This document shows positions 30,533 through 64,000 of a stretch of DNA of 64,000 bases, one piece after another; position 1 is the stretch's first letter, and each line of letters begins with the position of its first letter. The stretch is taken from the NCBI GenBank assembly GCA_009914755.4, contig CP086569.2, forward strand, positions 61,024,001 to 61,088,000. Direction: 5' to 3'. This DNA is from the human T2T-CHM13v2.0 reference genome, Homo sapiens. The position numbers and the translations under genes are program-made. Under the pieces are notes generated by a model, which was not told the origin of the DNA, made no database searches, and worked only from the letters and a program-made list of their open reading frames with translations.

Positions 30533-31105
30533 ATATTTTTTAAATGAAAAAAAATTTCAAAGGTACTCTGCTTGGTACAATAATCAAATGTATAAACTGA
30601 GGAATAAAACATAACCATGAAACCTACTTATAACTGTATACGGAAAATACAGAGGATAATTTTTTAAATAACATATTTTGAAAGCCTTAACTAGTAATTT
30701 GAAGAGTTGGCATTTGAAAGGCCAGTAGGAATATACCTTCAAAGCAGCAACACAGGTTCCCCATGAGAAAAAGCAAACTCAGGGAAAATAAAACCACAAA
30801 GGTTCAATCTCTTCTGACCTTTGAAAGACACAGCACAGACAGTGGTCCTTAGGCCGAAGAGCAGGAGACCCCTAATTCCGTCACCATGGCGATAGGGCAT
30901 AAACATTGCTGGGTGAGGGCACAATCCACATTGTGAGGTCCAAGTGCTGCCAGGAAGACAGGAGTGCTTTTACATAGACCGAAAGGTCATTGAAGGCTCA
31001 GAGTTTTGTTTCAAGAACTGAATCCCAAGCACACACGTTATTAGGCTGCGCTTCTTAAAACAAGTTATGAGAAGGGAAAAAGGGCACCCACAAACATACG
31101 TATAC
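30533..31105. other. Moderately GC 'unique' segment of the DYZ2 unit (about 575 bp). It is non-Alu, non-satellite-looking sequence that recurs once per unit at about 2420-bp spacing, the next copy being around 32953-33525. It is the representative copy.
   Basis: It lies between the Alu 5' end and the start of the AT-rich block ('...caaacatacgtatacattatgtatataat'). It contains the GGCC/CpG sites of the unit. Its 61-aa ORF is a repeat artefact. Confidence 0.7.
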
Positions 31106-32656
31106 ATTATGTATATAATAATATACAGTATCATATATGTAATATATATAACCTATGTATAATATTGTTTTACATCCTGCATCTTATGTTATATATATTG
31201 TATAAAATATAATAATTGATAATATATAAGTTTTATATTTATACAATATGACATATAGTATATATTATAATTTATGACATATATAATATATGTTATATAT
31301 CATATATAGAATATATTATACGGTTAATATACGTATTAAATATAAATTATACATTATATATATTATATATAATATATCTGTTATATATAATACCCATTAT
31401 GCATAATATATATATTATGTCTATGTTATATATAGTATAAAACAACATATAATAATATATAATTGTATATATAAAATGCGACGTATAATATATATTATAT
31501 TTTATGACATCTGTAATATATATTATATATTATATATAATACGTTGTATGTATAATACCTATATTAAATATATATTATATGACTATGTTATTAATTACAT
31601 GTCACATGTGTTATATATTATTTATTTTACATAGAATATACCGGTTACGTACAATATATAGTATGTTACCTATAATGAATAATTTATTACATGTAAAATA
31701 AAGAATGCAATATATTATGTATAATTTATAATATACAATATGTGGAATGTGATATATATAACATATAATATATGATATATGATATAGAGTATATGATATA
31801 TAACATACAATATATGATACCTAATATATATGGTATACAATATATATTTTATGATATGTGTTCTATATGTTATATATTCTGTTTTATATATATCTATTTG
31901 AAATTATATATAACTGTATAATATTTTAGGTAAATATGTGGTATAATATATATAACTTTATAATATATTATATATAACTATATATTATGTTATATATACT
32001 TTTATAACATAATTTACATAAAATATCATAATATAATATATATTATATTATTTCATATTACATAATATATCTTACATATCACCCAATATAAGTAACATAC
32101 ATAATATTATAATATAGATTATATTATGTTATATTAAATATCATATATATCATGTATCATATATTCTATAATATATATTATACATTATATAATATGTATG
32201 TTGTCTATTATGTGATATATATAACTATATATATAATTATATTATTATACATATAACTAGATAAACATGTAATTCTACATATTTTCATTTATAATATATA
32301 GAATTATGTAATCATATATAATTATTTATATTCTATAAAAAATTATATCATTATATAAATTATAATATATAAAAATTATAATATGTACTACAAATATATA
32401 TATTATATATCATATATGATATAGTACCTTTGTTATATATCATAATACATATAAATGTGTATTATGTTATCTATAATTATATAATTTCATATATAAGATG
32501 TATAATATGTATTATTTTTTATATATGTTATGTAATATATATAGTATATATAAGCTGACACAGGATAAATATTATATACTATGACATATAAAATATATGA
32601 GGTTATATGTTACATATAAGGCATAGCACATAACATGTAATATATATCATATATAA

Positions 32657-64000
<31,344 letters not shown>

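Overview
This window is human (hominid) constitutive heterochromatin with no credible genes. It almost certainly spans a DYZ1 to DYZ2 block boundary in Y-chromosome long-arm (Yq12) heterochromatin. Positions 1-29484 are about 8.3 copies of a roughly 3.55-kb higher-order repeat (HOR) built from GGAAT pentamers on the + strand. This matches the HSat3-type DYZ1 satellite, with one HaeIII (GGCC) site per HOR. At about 29484 the sequence switches abruptly, with no spacer, into 14 tandem units of a roughly 2.42-kb repeat. Each unit is an ancient full-length Alu on the minus strand, then about 575 bp of moderately GC unique-looking sequence, then about 1.55 kb of very AT-rich sequence. This is the DYZ2 / HSat1B architecture. 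Every ORF in the supplied track is a frame artefact of these repeats: GGAAT read in three frames gives 'GMEWN' on + and 'IPFHS' on the reverse strand, and a 61-aa ORF recurs once per DYZ2 unit. No prokaryotic-style or protein-coding system is present. The interesting signals are structural. They are the satellite-satellite junction with an internally deleted first DYZ2 unit, a 5-unit (about 12.2 kb) superperiod in DYZ2 marked by a 143-bp internal duplication and shared SNVs, more divergent units at the array edge, length-variable pure (GGAAT)n tracts in DYZ1, and variants shared patchily among non-adjacent DYZ1 HOR copies.
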